Part shown: piece by piece, positions 51,896 to 63,972 of the stretch
Numbering within the stretch: the stretch's first letter is position 1
Layout: every line of letters begins with the position of its first letter
Source: Sphaerodactylus townsendi
Taxonomy: Eukaryota
Assembly (NCBI RefSeq): GCF_021028975.2
Contig: NC_059425.1
Coordinates: 72,726,001 to 72,790,000 of the forward strand
DNA: 64,000 nucleotides
Direction: 5' to 3'
Translations under genes and position numbers: made by a program
Notes under the pieces: generated by a model
Seen by the model: only the letters and a program-made list of their open reading frames with translations
The model's database searches: none
Told to the model about the DNA's origin: nothing

Positions 51896-53487
51896 TAATA
51901 TGCAACTTATCCCTGAAATCAGGCTCCATCCCTGAAGACTGGAAGATGGCCAATGTCACACCAATCTTTAAGAAAGGATCTAGGGGGGACCCGGGAAATT
52001 ACAGGCCAGTCAGTTTGACATCTGTTCCTGGTAAATTAGTAGAATCTATCATTAAAGATAAAATTATAAAACATGTAGAAAAGCAAGACCTGCTGAGAAA
52101 GAGTCAGCATGGCTTTTGCAGAGGCAAATCCTGTCTTACAAACTTACTAGAGTTCTTTGAAGGTGTAAACAGGCATGTGGACAGGGGTGAACCGGTGGAC
52201 ATTGTCTACTTGGATTTCCAAAAGGCTTTTGACAAAGTTCCTCACCAGAGACTGTTGAGAAAACTCAGCAATGAAGGAATAAGAGGGGAAGTCCTCCTAT
52301 GGATTAAAAACTGGTTGAGAAACAGGAAACAAAGAGTGGGTGTAAATGGGAAGTTCTCACAATGGAGAGATGTCGGGAGTGGTGTCCCCCAAGGATCCGT
52401 TTTGGGACCAGTGCTCTTTAACCTATTCATAAATGACCTGGAAGTAGGGGTGGGTAGCGTGGTGGCCAAGTTTGCAGATGATACCAAATTATGTAGGGTG
52501 GTGAGAACCACAAGGATTGCAAAGAGCTCCAAGCGGACCTTGATAAATTAGGTGAGTGGGCTCCAGAAATCGCAAAAGCAGTTCAACGTACCAAAACGTA
52601 AAGCGCTCCACATAGGGCCAAAAATCCAAACCTCACATACACGCTACAGGGGTCAGTGCTATCAGTCACAGACCAGGAAAGGGATTTAAGCGTCTTAGTT
52701 GATAGTTCCATGGGAATGTCAACTCAATGCATGGCAGCTGTGAAAAAGGCAAACTCTATGCTGGGGATCATTAGAAAAGGAATTGATAATAAAACTGCAA
52801 AGATTGTCATGCCCTTATATAAAAGCAGTAGGTGCGAACGCACTGGGAGTACTGTGTCCAGCTCTGGTCAATGCATCTCAAAAAGGATATTGAGGAGATA
52901 GAAAAAGTGCAGAGAAGGGCAACAAGGATGATTGAGGGACTGGAGCACCTTCCCTATGAGGAGAGGCTGCAGCGTTTGGGACTCTTTAGTTTGGAGAGGA
53001 TGCGGCTGAGGAGGGATATGATTGAAGTCTACAAAATTATGCATGGGGTAGAAAATGTTGACAGAGAGACATTTTTCTCTCTTTCTCACAATACTAGAAC
53101 CAGGGGACATTCATTGAAAATGCTGGGGGGAAGAATTAGGACTAATAAAAGGAAACACTTCTTCACGCAACGTGTGATTGGTGTTTGGAATATGCTGCCA
53201 CAGGAGGTGGTGATGGCCACTAACCTGGATAGCTTTAAAAGGGGCTTGGACAGATTTATGGAGGAGAAGTTGATTTATGGCTACCAATCTCGATCCTCTT
53301 TGATCTGAGATTGCAAATGCCTTAACAGACCAGGTGATCGGGAGCAACAGCCGCAGAAGGCCATTGCGTTCACATCCTACATGTGAGCTCCCAAAGGCAC
53401 CTGGTGGGCCACTGCGAGTAGCAGAGAGCTGGACTAGATGGACTTTGGTCTGATCCAGCTGGCTTGTTCTTATGTTCTTATGTTCTT
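51896..53487 (+). mobile_element. Young 5'-truncated CR1 LINE (same subfamily as 1-2280)
   Basis: RT ORFs 51859..52551 (FADD intact), 52656..52901 and 52832..53308; 3' UTR and (TTCTTATG)n tail; candidate 6-bp TSD AACATT (51890-51895, 53488-53493). Confidence 0.97.
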
Positions 53488-54198
53488 AACATTCACGTAT
53501 ACATTCATGCCTCTAGCCTGACCCTCTTCTCTCCTAAGGCCAAGCAGCAGCTGGATTCTTCTCTCCTGGAAGCATCATAGAATGCCTTATTTCTCTTAGA
53601 TAAACAGAGCATGACGCAGCCACTAGCAAACATCCCTACAGCAGGACTGGCGTTTTCCATACAGGAGCTGCCAATCTTTGAAGTACCATCATCGCATTCC
53701 AGTGTTTTTCATTTGCCCTGTTTGGCCTTGGTAGAGGTTTAATAAATGAGCAAGACATTTACAGAGAAGATCTCCCATAGTGCTTTGGAAAATTGCATTT
53801 TAACGAGGATCAATTTACACGCCCTGGTAATAAACAGCAGTGTAGAGGCTGTGGTTATCACAGGGAGCTCATAGTCTTAACCTGCTTGGCAGCCTAAGGA
53901 AGGAAATTTGGGTCCTCCTTAATCTTGTCATAAAAGACAGGGGTAAGACAGGCCAAGGATGCCAAGCATCCAAACCTCAATTATCCACATGATCCTATTA
54001 TCCAGAGTCCTGTTATCTGTGCAAATGTCACCCAAAGAGCTTTTCTATATCATGTTTACTAGAAAGGAAGACAGCCCTGAATGTAAGATGACCCCCTTAA
54101 AAAAGTTAACACATAAACAAAACACTACTGGATAGAACTGTAATATGCATGTGAATGTAAAATGATCCCTCTCTTTTTGGAGTGGTACGGGGTGTTTG

Positions 54199-54845
54199 CA
54201 GTGGTGGGATTCAAATACTTTAACAACCAGTTCCACCTTGCCCCCCCCCCGAGTTTTCTGCCTCCCCCCCCCTGGCGGCTGGCCTCCCCAACCATCTCAC
54301 GCTGCCCCCCTCACCTCCACCTCCAGATGGGGAGGACAGCTGAGCCAGCCGTGCAGCGCTGGGGCAGGCAGAGCAGAGGGCTCTGGCTCTCCTCAGTTCT
54401 CCTCCCCACCCAGAAGCTCAGGGCGGGGAGGAGAACCAAGCTGGGTAGCACTGGGGGGTGGAGCAGAGGACTCTGGCTCGACTCTCCTCCCAGCCCTGGG
54501 CTCCCAGGGCAGGGAGGAGAGCCAAGCTGGGAAGTGCTGGGGGATGGAGCAGAGAGGGGTTTGGCTCGAGATGAGAGCTGAGCCAGAGCCCACTGCTCCC
54601 CCCCCCCCCCCCAGCGCTTCCTGGCATGGCAAGTCTCCCCACCACAGGAGCCCAGGGCAGGGAGGAGAGCTGAGCCGGAGCCTTCTGCTCCACACACACA
54701 CACAGCTGCCCAGCTCAGCTCTCTCTGCCCTGGGCTCCGAGGCACTAAAAACCCTGTTGCTCCCTCTCCCGGGCAAGGGGAAGTAAGGGGGCTTTTAACA
54801 ACCGGTTCGCCCAAACCAGGGCAGACCAGCTGAATCCCACCACTG
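54199..54845. mobile_element. hAT non-autonomous element (CAGTGGTGGGATTCA TIR) with GC-rich repetitive interior
   Basis: Perfect 15-bp TIR CAGTGGTGGGATTCA / TGAATCCCACCACTG; imperfect 8-bp TSD GGTGTTTG / TGTGTGTG. Confidence 0.8.
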
Positions 54846-54894
54846 TGTGTGTGTATAAAGTACCATCAGTTTGCAAGTGACTTATGGCAATGTC

Positions 54895-55058
54895 CTGTTG
54901 AAGGCTTTCACTGCCAGATTCAACCGGTTGTGGTGAGTTTTCCGGGCTGTGTGGCCGTGGTCTGGTGGATCTTGTTCCTAACGTTTCACCTGCATCTGTG
55001 GCTGACATCTTCAGTGGTGTATCACAGAGGGAAGCCTGTTACACACTGTGGACACAGT
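54895..55058 (-). mobile_element. Penelope-like terminal repeat
   Basis: Reverse complement of 3050-3200; carries a hammerhead motif. Confidence 0.8.
54977..55017 (-). ncRNA. Minimal type I hammerhead ribozyme motif (weakened)
   Basis: Minus strand cca-CUGAAGA-ugucagccacagaugcaggu-GAAA-c-GUU-agg; core intact, stem I mismatched. Confidence 0.55.
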
Positions 55059-55065
55059 GGACTAA

Positions 55066-55552
55066 GTGGCATATATGATGCCGGTGGCAACCCGGGATTG
55101 TTTGCATGCTCCTGTGCAGGTGGTCCCAGAGCTGCCACAGCCTGCGAAGGCACCTTCACATGGAGGCACCTCCATTCTGTTTGCAAACTTACCTTCTCTT
55201 CCCTGCACAGCTCTGCAGGGACGAGGGGACACGCCCCCATGACCATGGTAACACCTTGGAGGGCAGGAGGTGTGTCCCCTCATCCCTGTGGAGCTGTGCA
55301 AAGAAGAGAAGGTAAGTTTACAAACAAAAGGCAGGTATCCCAGTGACGCTCACTCAGTACCGGGTTCAAAACACCGTCTTTGAAAAGACTTGTTCATTGA
55401 ACGAGTTTCAAAAACAGCATTTCCTTTCAGGTTGCGGGGGGGGGAGAAGCACGGTGCTGCCTCGTTGCAGGCGGCAGCCATGCAAAGCACACCCCTGGAA
55501 TGGTGTTTTCAGTGTATTAGGGGTGCTGGTTTTGGCCTGTGCGGAGTGGGCC
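55066..55552. mobile_element. Harbinger-type MITE, left end truncated
   Basis: Internal palindrome at about 55178-55326; right end ggcctgtgcggagtgggcc as in 16810-17228. Confidence 0.7.
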
Positions 55553-55676
55553 ATAGGAGTGCCTCTTCACTGCACAGGGTTTGACTTCTGAGATCCCTTA
55601 CAACTTTTTGTTGCCATCATTCTCAAGAACAATAATGCAAGAAAAGTAAATGGATTATTTTCAGGAGGCTTTCTTA

Positions 55677-56160
55677 GGTCGTTTCTGCATGGCCAGAGCA
55701 GCAGGGCTGCATCGGCATGGTTCATGGTTCGCATGAACTGTCCCGCTGGCTGCGCAGCTGGTAGAGCAGGCTCTGCATGGCCATGCAGCCCCCCAAATAT
55801 CTCCTTACCTCCTCCTGGCTTTTGTCGCTCTGTGGAGGCCAGGGGACATGCCCCCATGGCCAGAGCGACAACTGCAGGGACGGAGGTCAGGAGGCGTGTC
55901 CCCTGGCCTCCACAGAGCGACGGAGACTAGGAGAAGGTAAGGAGACGTTTGCGGCCGGCGTGGGGAAAACGCCGCCTTCCACCCACACGGGTTCACACAG
56001 CAGCGGGTGGAAGATGCTGCTTGTGAAAAACCTAGCTGCCTGAGCGAGGTTCAAAAGCGGCATTTTCACACCGCTTGAATGGAGCGAGCACTCAAGCTGT
56101 GCAAACAGTGCCCCAGGGACGGTCCCTAGGGCGCTGTTTCCCGCCTTAGCAGAAATAGCC
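55677..56160. mobile_element. Harbinger-type MITE with internal palindrome
   Basis: TTA|GGTCGTTTCTGC...GCAGAAATAGCC|TAA; inverted arms at about 55797-55950. Confidence 0.78.
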
Positions 56161-56717
56161 TAAATGTAAATCTCTAGAGGAAGCCATGTAATTCTACCTA
56201 CTCTCTACTGCTTCCCCTCCCATTTAGTGCAGCTACAACTTATGAGATAGCTGGACCTTAGTCTTGGATAGGGCCAGAATTGGCTGGCTTTAGGAGGCAG
56301 ATTCTTGGGTACTATTAAAGAGCAGCAGGTGGTTGTCAGCTCTGGACTGGGAAATACCGGGAGGTTTGGGGGGAGGATCCTGGAGACAGCAGAGTTTGGG
56401 AGGAGAGACTTCAATGGAGTTCACCTTTCAAAGTGGCCATTTCTCACCTGGAGATTAGTTGTAATAATGGAAGTTGGCATCCCTAGTTGAGATTGTCTTC
56501 CTCAGGCACCAAAATGTCATGAATCATCTCTGGCCTTTGCCTTGAATGAGATCAGGTTTACTCCTCGGTCTCTCTAGAACTAAGTAATGCATGGCATTTC
56601 CATAACAAGCATATGGAGCCACTGGGCACTTCAAAGCAAGGGAAGTTTCTGTAGCCCCCAAATTCCAGAAGGTCTGTCACCTCCAGCTGCAAAGTATTCT
56701 CTCTATTCAAGAATTTA

Positions 56718-56967
56718 GAGAAGAAGAACAACAAAATATTTTGGATTTATATCCTGCTTTTCTCAAAGAGTCTCAAAGCAGCTTACAAATGCCTTCCCTT
56801 CCTCTCCCCACCACAGACACCTTGTGAGGTAAGTGGGGTTGAGAGAGGTCAGAGAGAACTGTGACTAGCCCAAAGTCACCCAGCAGGCTGCACATGAAGA
56901 AGTGGGGAATCAAGCCTGCTTCTCCAGATTAGAGTCCTCCTACTCTGAACCACTGCACCACGCTGGC
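56718..56967 (-). mobile_element. Squam3-like SINE
   Basis: Typical tail, body and tRNA head. Confidence 0.8.
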
Positions 56968-57070
56968 TAAGTTTGTCAACTTTCACATGGTAGCTGGAGA
57001 TCTCCCACAATTACAACTGATCTCCAGTTGACAAAGATCATTTCAACTAGAAACAATGGTTACTTTAGAA

Positions 57071-57205
57071 CACAGGTGTCAAACTCGGAGCCCCCTAGAT
57101 GTTATGGACTATGGTTCCCATCATCCCCTGCCAGCATGATGCTGGCAGGGGATGATGGGAACTGTAGTCCATAACATCTGGAGGGCCGCGAATTTGACAC
57201 CTATG
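57071..57205. mobile_element. Palindromic hAT MITE nested in a GGGTTGCCA-family element
   Basis: TIR CACAGGTGTCAAA / TTTGACACCTATG; perfect TSD CTTTAGAA (57063-57070, 57206-57213). Confidence 0.9.
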
Positions 57206-60200
57206 CTTTAGAAAGCAGACTCTATGGCATCATATTCCATTGAAGTCCATCCCCAAACCCTGCCCACCTCAGGATCTTCCTCACAGAATTTCCAGGCATT
57301 TCCCAATCTGGAGCTGGCAACCCTATTTTAGCATAGTGTAAATAAAGCATACATGTGCTTTATTGTGTTGCCCCCTAGAACTGGAGTTTAATTTGGTCTG
57401 ACGTGCACAACTGAAGCTGTGGCAAATGCAGCTACTGCTGTTTTGTGAGTGGTTGCTGCCAGTATGGTATTGTTTTGCAAGTTTTGTGCTTATTTTTAAA
57501 AATTCAACGTGTCACAGCAATTAAGAAACATTCATTAAGCAAAAGAGATAACATTAAAGAACTTCTGCCCACAGAACATTCAGCTTCAGGTCCTGCTAAA
57601 TGCCGGTCATGCATATGCAGAACATCACTGAACACACTGAGCTGGGTAGATTTTCTGGGTGAAACAACGCTCATTAGTAATACAACCAAGTGCTACAAGC
57701 TGGGCAAGTTCACATAGCAAACCAGGTAATTACAAACTTCAGTGCCATTGCTAATTATAACTGCAAAGAGATGCGGAACTTAAATCTCAAGCATAGGAGT
57801 TCTCCCTTTCACTCTGCATTCTTTTACAGTGTTGGTTTTCAGAATGGGGTGGAGAACAAAGAGGACGGCAATCTGTGCATGAGTCAGACTCTAGAGGGAG
57901 ACCTGTGAAGGCCTTAGGAATAAGCACATCCAAAGCTTAGGTTTGGCACAGCTCTGCAGGTGTGCCACCATGTTTGGAATGCATCCTTCTTCCTGCCTTC
58001 ATGAAGTAGTTAGGTCCTAACAGTTCTAAATAAGTGGTGGGTTAAGTCATCTTCCAAAAGCTATTGTGACAATAGAGGGTTCTGGAAAGTAGAACTGAGA
58101 AGCTGAGAGAGGCCAGTCCTAGATTATAGTGGGGGTGGGGGAGAGGGAGAATGATCTTCTAGTGAACCTTTTATTTATCCTAGGACATTAAAATGACAAA
58201 AGCAAGAACTACAATGTTATCAACCAAAGTTATATGAAGACTTTTCTTCTTGTGGATGAGAACTAAGTATCAACAGAGGCTGCCCCTGACATCAGGCAGT
58301 GGATCCTTCTGACTCCAGCAGTATAAGCCACACATCCCTTTTGTCCTGGCAATGTTTATATGGAAAAGTTAGAACATATTGAGTAGTGCAGCTGGCTAAT
58401 GGGAATCAGTGGCTGGAAGAGGGTTTTGTTGTACAAAATTATACTTAATTTTATTTCTAATTATTTTTAATTCTATTTTTAAACATCAGTTGTATGGCTA
58501 GCAGCTTGTCTAAATCCAAATTGCACATTTCAGCATTTGGGTGTACAACTCTACTATTCTGAATGTCCATTTGTTTTCTGGTGGGGATGCTCCTTGTCAG
58601 CAGAATACAGATGCAGAATGGCCTTTTTTCATTCAAGGTTCACAGCTCCAAGAGAGCAGGTTCTTAGATTGAGCATGTGGATTGCCAGTGCTTCCATTTT
58701 ATCTTTAAAATACCAATTTTAGGCCAAAACATTAATTTTCAAAAGGTAAATGATATAGCTCCCTGCTCTTAAACCCAAAACAATCCTGGGAAGTTAATTC
58801 TGTATTAAGACTATTTTTCTCACCAGAAATAGCAGTATTTTTAATTTTTTAAAAAGAAATCTTGCTAGATCCCTATTTAAACTCTGCATATCTGCATATA
58901 CAAACAATAAATAAGCAAACATGTGTGTCTTGGAAGTAATGCATTTTTTTTAAGAACTGGAATCCTTCAGCTGGGATAAAATGACTGGGAAGAGAATCTA
59001 AGACTTCGTGCCCCTCTTTATAAAGTAATGCTAATCAATTTGGCTACCATTGACTCTTCAGCTAGAGCATCATCTGAATTAATCTCCAGTATCATTATTA
59101 TAATGGCTACATTCTCCCTCTGCTGTCATTCTTTTTAAAGGGCCCTGTGTGTTCTTTTTGGTGTCCAAGAGAAATAGATCAACTGCTCATTCTTATATTT
59201 TCTGTTGGATGTAACTATTGTCCCCTTCTTCTGACCTACAATATAGTGCAATATAGATGTTTTCATAGGGTTGACTGTATGGCATGCCCTGTTGAGGTCT
59301 CCCCCCATCCCCCACCCCCACCCCGACTAAACCCAAACTCCACCCCAAAATTTCCAGGATTTTCCCATCCCAGAGGTGACAACCCTGCCCACTTCGGCTG
59401 TTCAGCTTTGCAATTCACAGCTTCAAACCTGTGTCTTGAGATGAGTGAAAATGTTATGTTAATGGTAGAGTTTCATGCCTAGTAAAACTTAGAAAGTCAG
59501 AAAATGTGCAGTAGACACTGGTATATGATAATGCTTGTATATGATAGGTGTGTTCCTAAGCCCCTTGGTTTATGCTATGTCACTTTTTAAAAAGCGTGGC
59601 TCTTGAGATGTGAGAAATGTATGCTGCATTGCCCTCTGCTGACTGGACCCAGAATTGATTAAAAGAGAGAAGGTAGGCTGGGGAAACTTACTTGAGCTGG
59701 ACATTTGAGCATCAAACAATGTTTGGACTGCAGTTCTGAAAACCCCATCAGCCATTTGCTGGAAAACAGACTTTGGAGGAGCAGTTTTGAGCAGAGAAAC
59801 CAGGTAGTGCCATTAACTCCTTTCTCACATGATTCTCTTTCATAGCAACTTTCACTTCCATGCATTCTTGTGGTGTGAAGAGATCTCTCCCTATTACAAC
59901 TGATCTCCAGGCTAAAGAAATCACATCACCTAGAGAAAATGGCCACTTTGGAAGATGGATTCTATGGTATTATATCCCATTGAAGCGCCCCCCCCCCCGA
60001 AACTCAACTATCCTCACCCCACCCCCCACATCTCCAGGTATTTCTCAACCAAGAGCTGGCAACCCTATACCCTTACAGTATCAGAAGTGTTTGCCAGGGT
60101 AACCACTCTCTGGAAGCCTGTGTGATACAAAATATCTGAAAGACAGTTTCAGCAGAAAAATGGCAGGCAGGAAAAAGAGTAAATTTCCCTCCCATTTGTC

Positions 60201-61089
60201 TGATTCTCTGCTCAGAATTGCCCCCACCCATGCTACTTTTCATCACACAGGTGGCTCTTGGGGCTTTCTTACAAGGCACAAATGCTGTATTTTTGGTCCT
60301 AAGATACACAAATGACCACTGGATCAAGAGAGTTCTAAAGATTCTCATCAGCCATTCTCATCATACCTGTTCATTTGCAGTTCTGTGCTCTCATCTGTGA
60401 CAGTTCCTGACACTTTTTTCTGTAGCAGAGGTAGAGGAAGGGCAATTGCTTTACCCCATGGCCCATCTAAATCACAAAGCCTGGGGAAGAGAAGAAGGGA
60501 CAATCTGGAATCAGAATATTTTCTCTAACTAAGCGCTGCTTGTGAAGTGCCTGGATCCCCTGCAGGACTCAGCAACAAAGTGTGCTGTGTCTTATGATGC
60601 TGGTTCCTGTCACAGGCATTTGAAAAACTATTGTGTTTCCAGCTGCCTTGCACCTGTGTTGCTCTAACAGAGAACAACTACAGTGAGTGCATACTGAAGA
60701 ACCTGTGAGGAGGCCAACAGAATGCTGTACTGTCAGAGGCAGGCCAGGCTGCCCACCTAGTTCAAGGAAAGGCTAGATAAGTTTTCTACATTCTCAAAGC
60801 ACTCAAAACTTAGGCCAGTTGCAAAATTTCAAGTTTTCTGATTTTTGGAGTAATCATTAGACAAGCAGGTGGCAGCTTGAAATGGAAGAACTTACAGTTA
60901 ACATATAAGAAATGCAGATAATGGTTGTTTGGACTTCAGTAGTACAGGAAAAATCTGATCATGAAAATTCTGTAAGCAGAATAGGCAAACACACACAGTC
61001 TTTCACAACTAGGGAGATGGAGAACTGGCAACACAATGTACACAATGCTGGGGAACAGAAAAGCTTCAGAATCTTCTGAGGAAACCCCC

Positions 61090-61092
<3 letters not shown>

Positions 61093-61122
<30 letters not shown>
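61093..61122. repeat. (AG)n microsatellite
   Basis: Directly visible. Confidence 0.95.
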
Positions 61123-61126
<4 letters not shown>

Positions 61127-62551
61127 CAATTTTCACAAAATTAACCTAGAAAAAATCTCCATGGTACATTGCCAGAGATTCCCTGGCAAAACCGGTTGTG
61201 ACCATGACAGGGTGAGTGTATGTGTGTGTGTTAGGGGGCAGGGTGGAGGTATCAGCCACTAATCTACAAGTAAAGATATTAATGAGTCAAAGAAAAGCCA
61301 CTCTTTCCATTATTTACCAAGTTGTACAAGGTTGAGAAGCTATTATGCCACATCTAGCAGGCAGTGGCAGATCAGATCTGGGAGAAATAAGGGACCTGCC
61401 TTTGGGCCATATTTCAAATGTGTGAGTTTGTAATTGATAGCAACTTTATTTCAGATCAGTGAGTCGTGTTAGGAGCCATTTCTACCAATGTCTGCAAAGA
61501 ACAAGATCCTCAACTTTGGAAGAAACGTTAAAGGAATAACAAGCTCAGGCCTACCCTTACCAGCTTTCCTGGAGTCTTTTGCTTCTCCAAGGCCAGTTCA
61601 AGGAACAGGGTAAACTACTTAAGTGTTCAAACACACTGAAAGAGACTCTGAGTCAACAGACTGCATGGGGTTGTCTTTCACTGTTGTTTCTCTCACTGGA
61701 ATCCTGTGGAGAACACCCAGGAATTTGTCTCTGTTCCTCTCCATTGGTTTCATCTCCACCTTCTACTCTGGTCCTCATGAGGCATTTTTCAGTGTTGTTA
61801 CACAGAGCAAGGGAGTGTCAATTCTCTTGCTAGCAAGTATTTGACATTTGAAAAAAAATTAAAAGCACAAACTACAAAGGGACCGGAAGGAACCTTTGAA
61901 ACAGGGTGAGATGTTTTATAAATTTTCCCCACCTCCCACCCCCCACCCTCTCCATCCACTATGGTGTTCTCTATAGATTCTCAACATGGACTGTTCCATT
62001 CAAATAAAGCTGCAGTATTTAAAAAAATTGTGGTTTGTTTCAAGCTGTTATATTTCAAGCTTCTGCTTAATACCTCTAAACGCAACAACTAGACCTTGAG
62101 GTGGGTGGGGGGAGAGGTTTCTAAGTGGTTTTAGAAATATCTCTGGATAACCAATGAAGTCCAGGGGTGTCCTGGCCCTTTACCTTATGAGAAAAGTTCT
62201 CCAATCAACCACTGATAGGTTGGTCCAAGCACCACCAAGGGCCAGGTGCTCTACCCATGCTGGAGGGGCTGCTCGACTCAGGCCTGACTCATGGCACCAA
62301 CTGTGGGTGGTGGCTCATAAGCTGCCTTCACTTGCACTTCCATGAACTGTCTTGTGTCCTATAGGCCACTCCAGCTGGCTTATTCCCGGGTCAGTTTTAT
62401 GTCCCAGTCCTCTTAGAGCACTGAAAACTCACTTGGGCCTTGTAAATTCCCCAGATACTTTGTCTTTGCTCCCAACCTGCTATGTTGTTCAATGGATCAT
62501 CTATTTCAACACAATAATTGTTTTTAATATCAGCCCTCACCCCCCTGAGTG

Positions 62552-62869
62552 ACAGCATGGTGTAGGGGTTAAGAGCAGGTGGATTCTAATCTGGAGAACC
62601 GGGTTTGATTCCCCACTCCTCCACCTGAGTGGCAGAGGCTTATCTGGTGAACCAGAGGTGTTTCCCCACTCCTACATTCCTGCTGGGTGACCTTGGGCTA
62701 GTCACAGTTCTTCGGAACTCTCTCGGCCCCACCTATCTCACCAGCTGTCTGTTGTGGGGAGAGTAAGGGAAAGGACCTTGTAAGCCACCTTGAGTCTCCA
62801 TACAGGACAGAAAGGTAGGATATAAACCAAAACTACTACTACTATTCCTCCTCCTCCTCCTCCTTCTTC
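62552..62869 (+). mobile_element. Squam3-like SINE, full length
   Basis: A box tggtgtaggggttaa, B box ggtttgattcc, body, and (ACT)n(CCT)n(CTT)n tail. Confidence 0.87.
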
Positions 62870-63613
62870 TAGTTAGAGGCTGCAGAGATTGTTGCTGTTA
62901 TTAAGCATTAGCAAGCCTCTCCTTCCTTTCCTCATGCAGGTCTCTTCCCTGAGGGACTGAGCAGTAACTTGAAAACAATTCCAGTTAATATGAAGCAGGC
63001 AGTGAGAATGAGTGTCCTCTTAATTTACCCACCCAGTGCTTTGCACCTGTCTTCTATCCACACAGCCCATCTGCTTTCCCTGTATCTAGCAGAAGGGGGG
63101 GCGGGGCGGGGAGAGAGAATTCTGATATTTTTTCCAGGTCTGCTTTCTCTCTATCTCTCCGACTCAGACATAGCATGATGTTTACAGCAGCCTCAGGCTG
63201 GACACTCATTGACTCAGCCATCCCCTGAGGAAAGAGAGATGCTTTGGAGGCTGGCCCATCCACTTACTAGGTGTCTGCTGATTCATTATGACACTGTTGC
63301 TAGAGGGTCATTCTGCCTTCTGTGAGACAAGAGTTTGATTACTGGCCCTGAACTTTTGACACGAAGGCTGGAAGGTACTGAAAGTATCAAGATCCTCCTT
63401 TACACAAAAGAATTCTTGGCAGAGGCTGTCTGAGCTAATGCAACTGTGGAATCTTGATATCACAGAGTCAGGCCAGATATGACAGCAGTAGACAACTCAT
63501 GTATAGAGGACGAGGGGATTTTTTTAGAACAAAAGAGGCCCATGCTTACCATGGCTTAGGTGAGGATGCTTCTATACAAGCACTGCTTACCTATACAAGC
63601 ACTGCTTACCTTC

Positions 63614-63714
63614 CAGTGGTGGGATTCAATTAATTTAACAACTGGTTGTTTACAAGCACCATTTTAACAACCGTTTCTGCCGAAGTGGTGCAAACCTGCT
63701 GAATCCCACCACTC
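63614..63714. mobile_element. hAT MITE (CAGTGGTGGGATTCA family)
   Basis: TIR CAGTGGTGGGATTCA / TGAATCCCACCACTC; TSD degenerate. Confidence 0.8.
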
Positions 63715-63811
63715 ATCACTTCCCCCAAGATCTTTACTCCCATTTGAGCTCACTTCTAGAACTGAATGCTGAGGAAAACCATCCAGAGGGCGCAAACAGG
63801 AGGAGAGTTAA

Positions 63812-63972
63812 ATATATTGTCGAAGGCTTCCACGGCGGGAATCACTGGGGTGCTGTGTGGTTTCTGGGCTGTATGGCCGTGTTCTAGCAGCATTCTCTCC
63901 TGACGTTTCACCTGCATCTGTGGCTGGCATCTTCAGAGGATTTGATAGTTGGAAAGGAAAGCAAGTGGAGCA
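63812..63972 (-). mobile_element. Short Penelope-like terminal-repeat insertion
   Basis: Perfect 14-bp TSD AGGAGGAGAGTTAA (63798-63811, 63973-63986); homologous to the 3.1 kb and 54.9 kb repeats. Confidence 0.88.
63898..63940 (-). ncRNA. Minimal type I hammerhead ribozyme
   Basis: Minus strand UCCU-CUGAAGA-U-GCCAGC-CACAGAU-GCAGGU-GAAA-C-GUC^AGGA: complete catalytic core, stem I UCCU/AGGA, stem II, palindromic ACGU stem III, GUC cleavage triplet. Confidence 0.75.

Noticed and set aside
54162-54814. Overlapping 127-196 aa ORFs on both strands
   Set aside because: Low-complexity GC-rich interior of a hAT element; stop-poor by composition, with no domain signature.
62552-62625. tRNA gene
   Set aside because: The A/B boxes belong to a multi-copy SINE head followed by the SINE body and microsatellite tail.
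63572-63609. 19-bp tandem duplication next to a hAT MITE
   Set aside because: Simple local slippage; not the element's TSD and no further structure.
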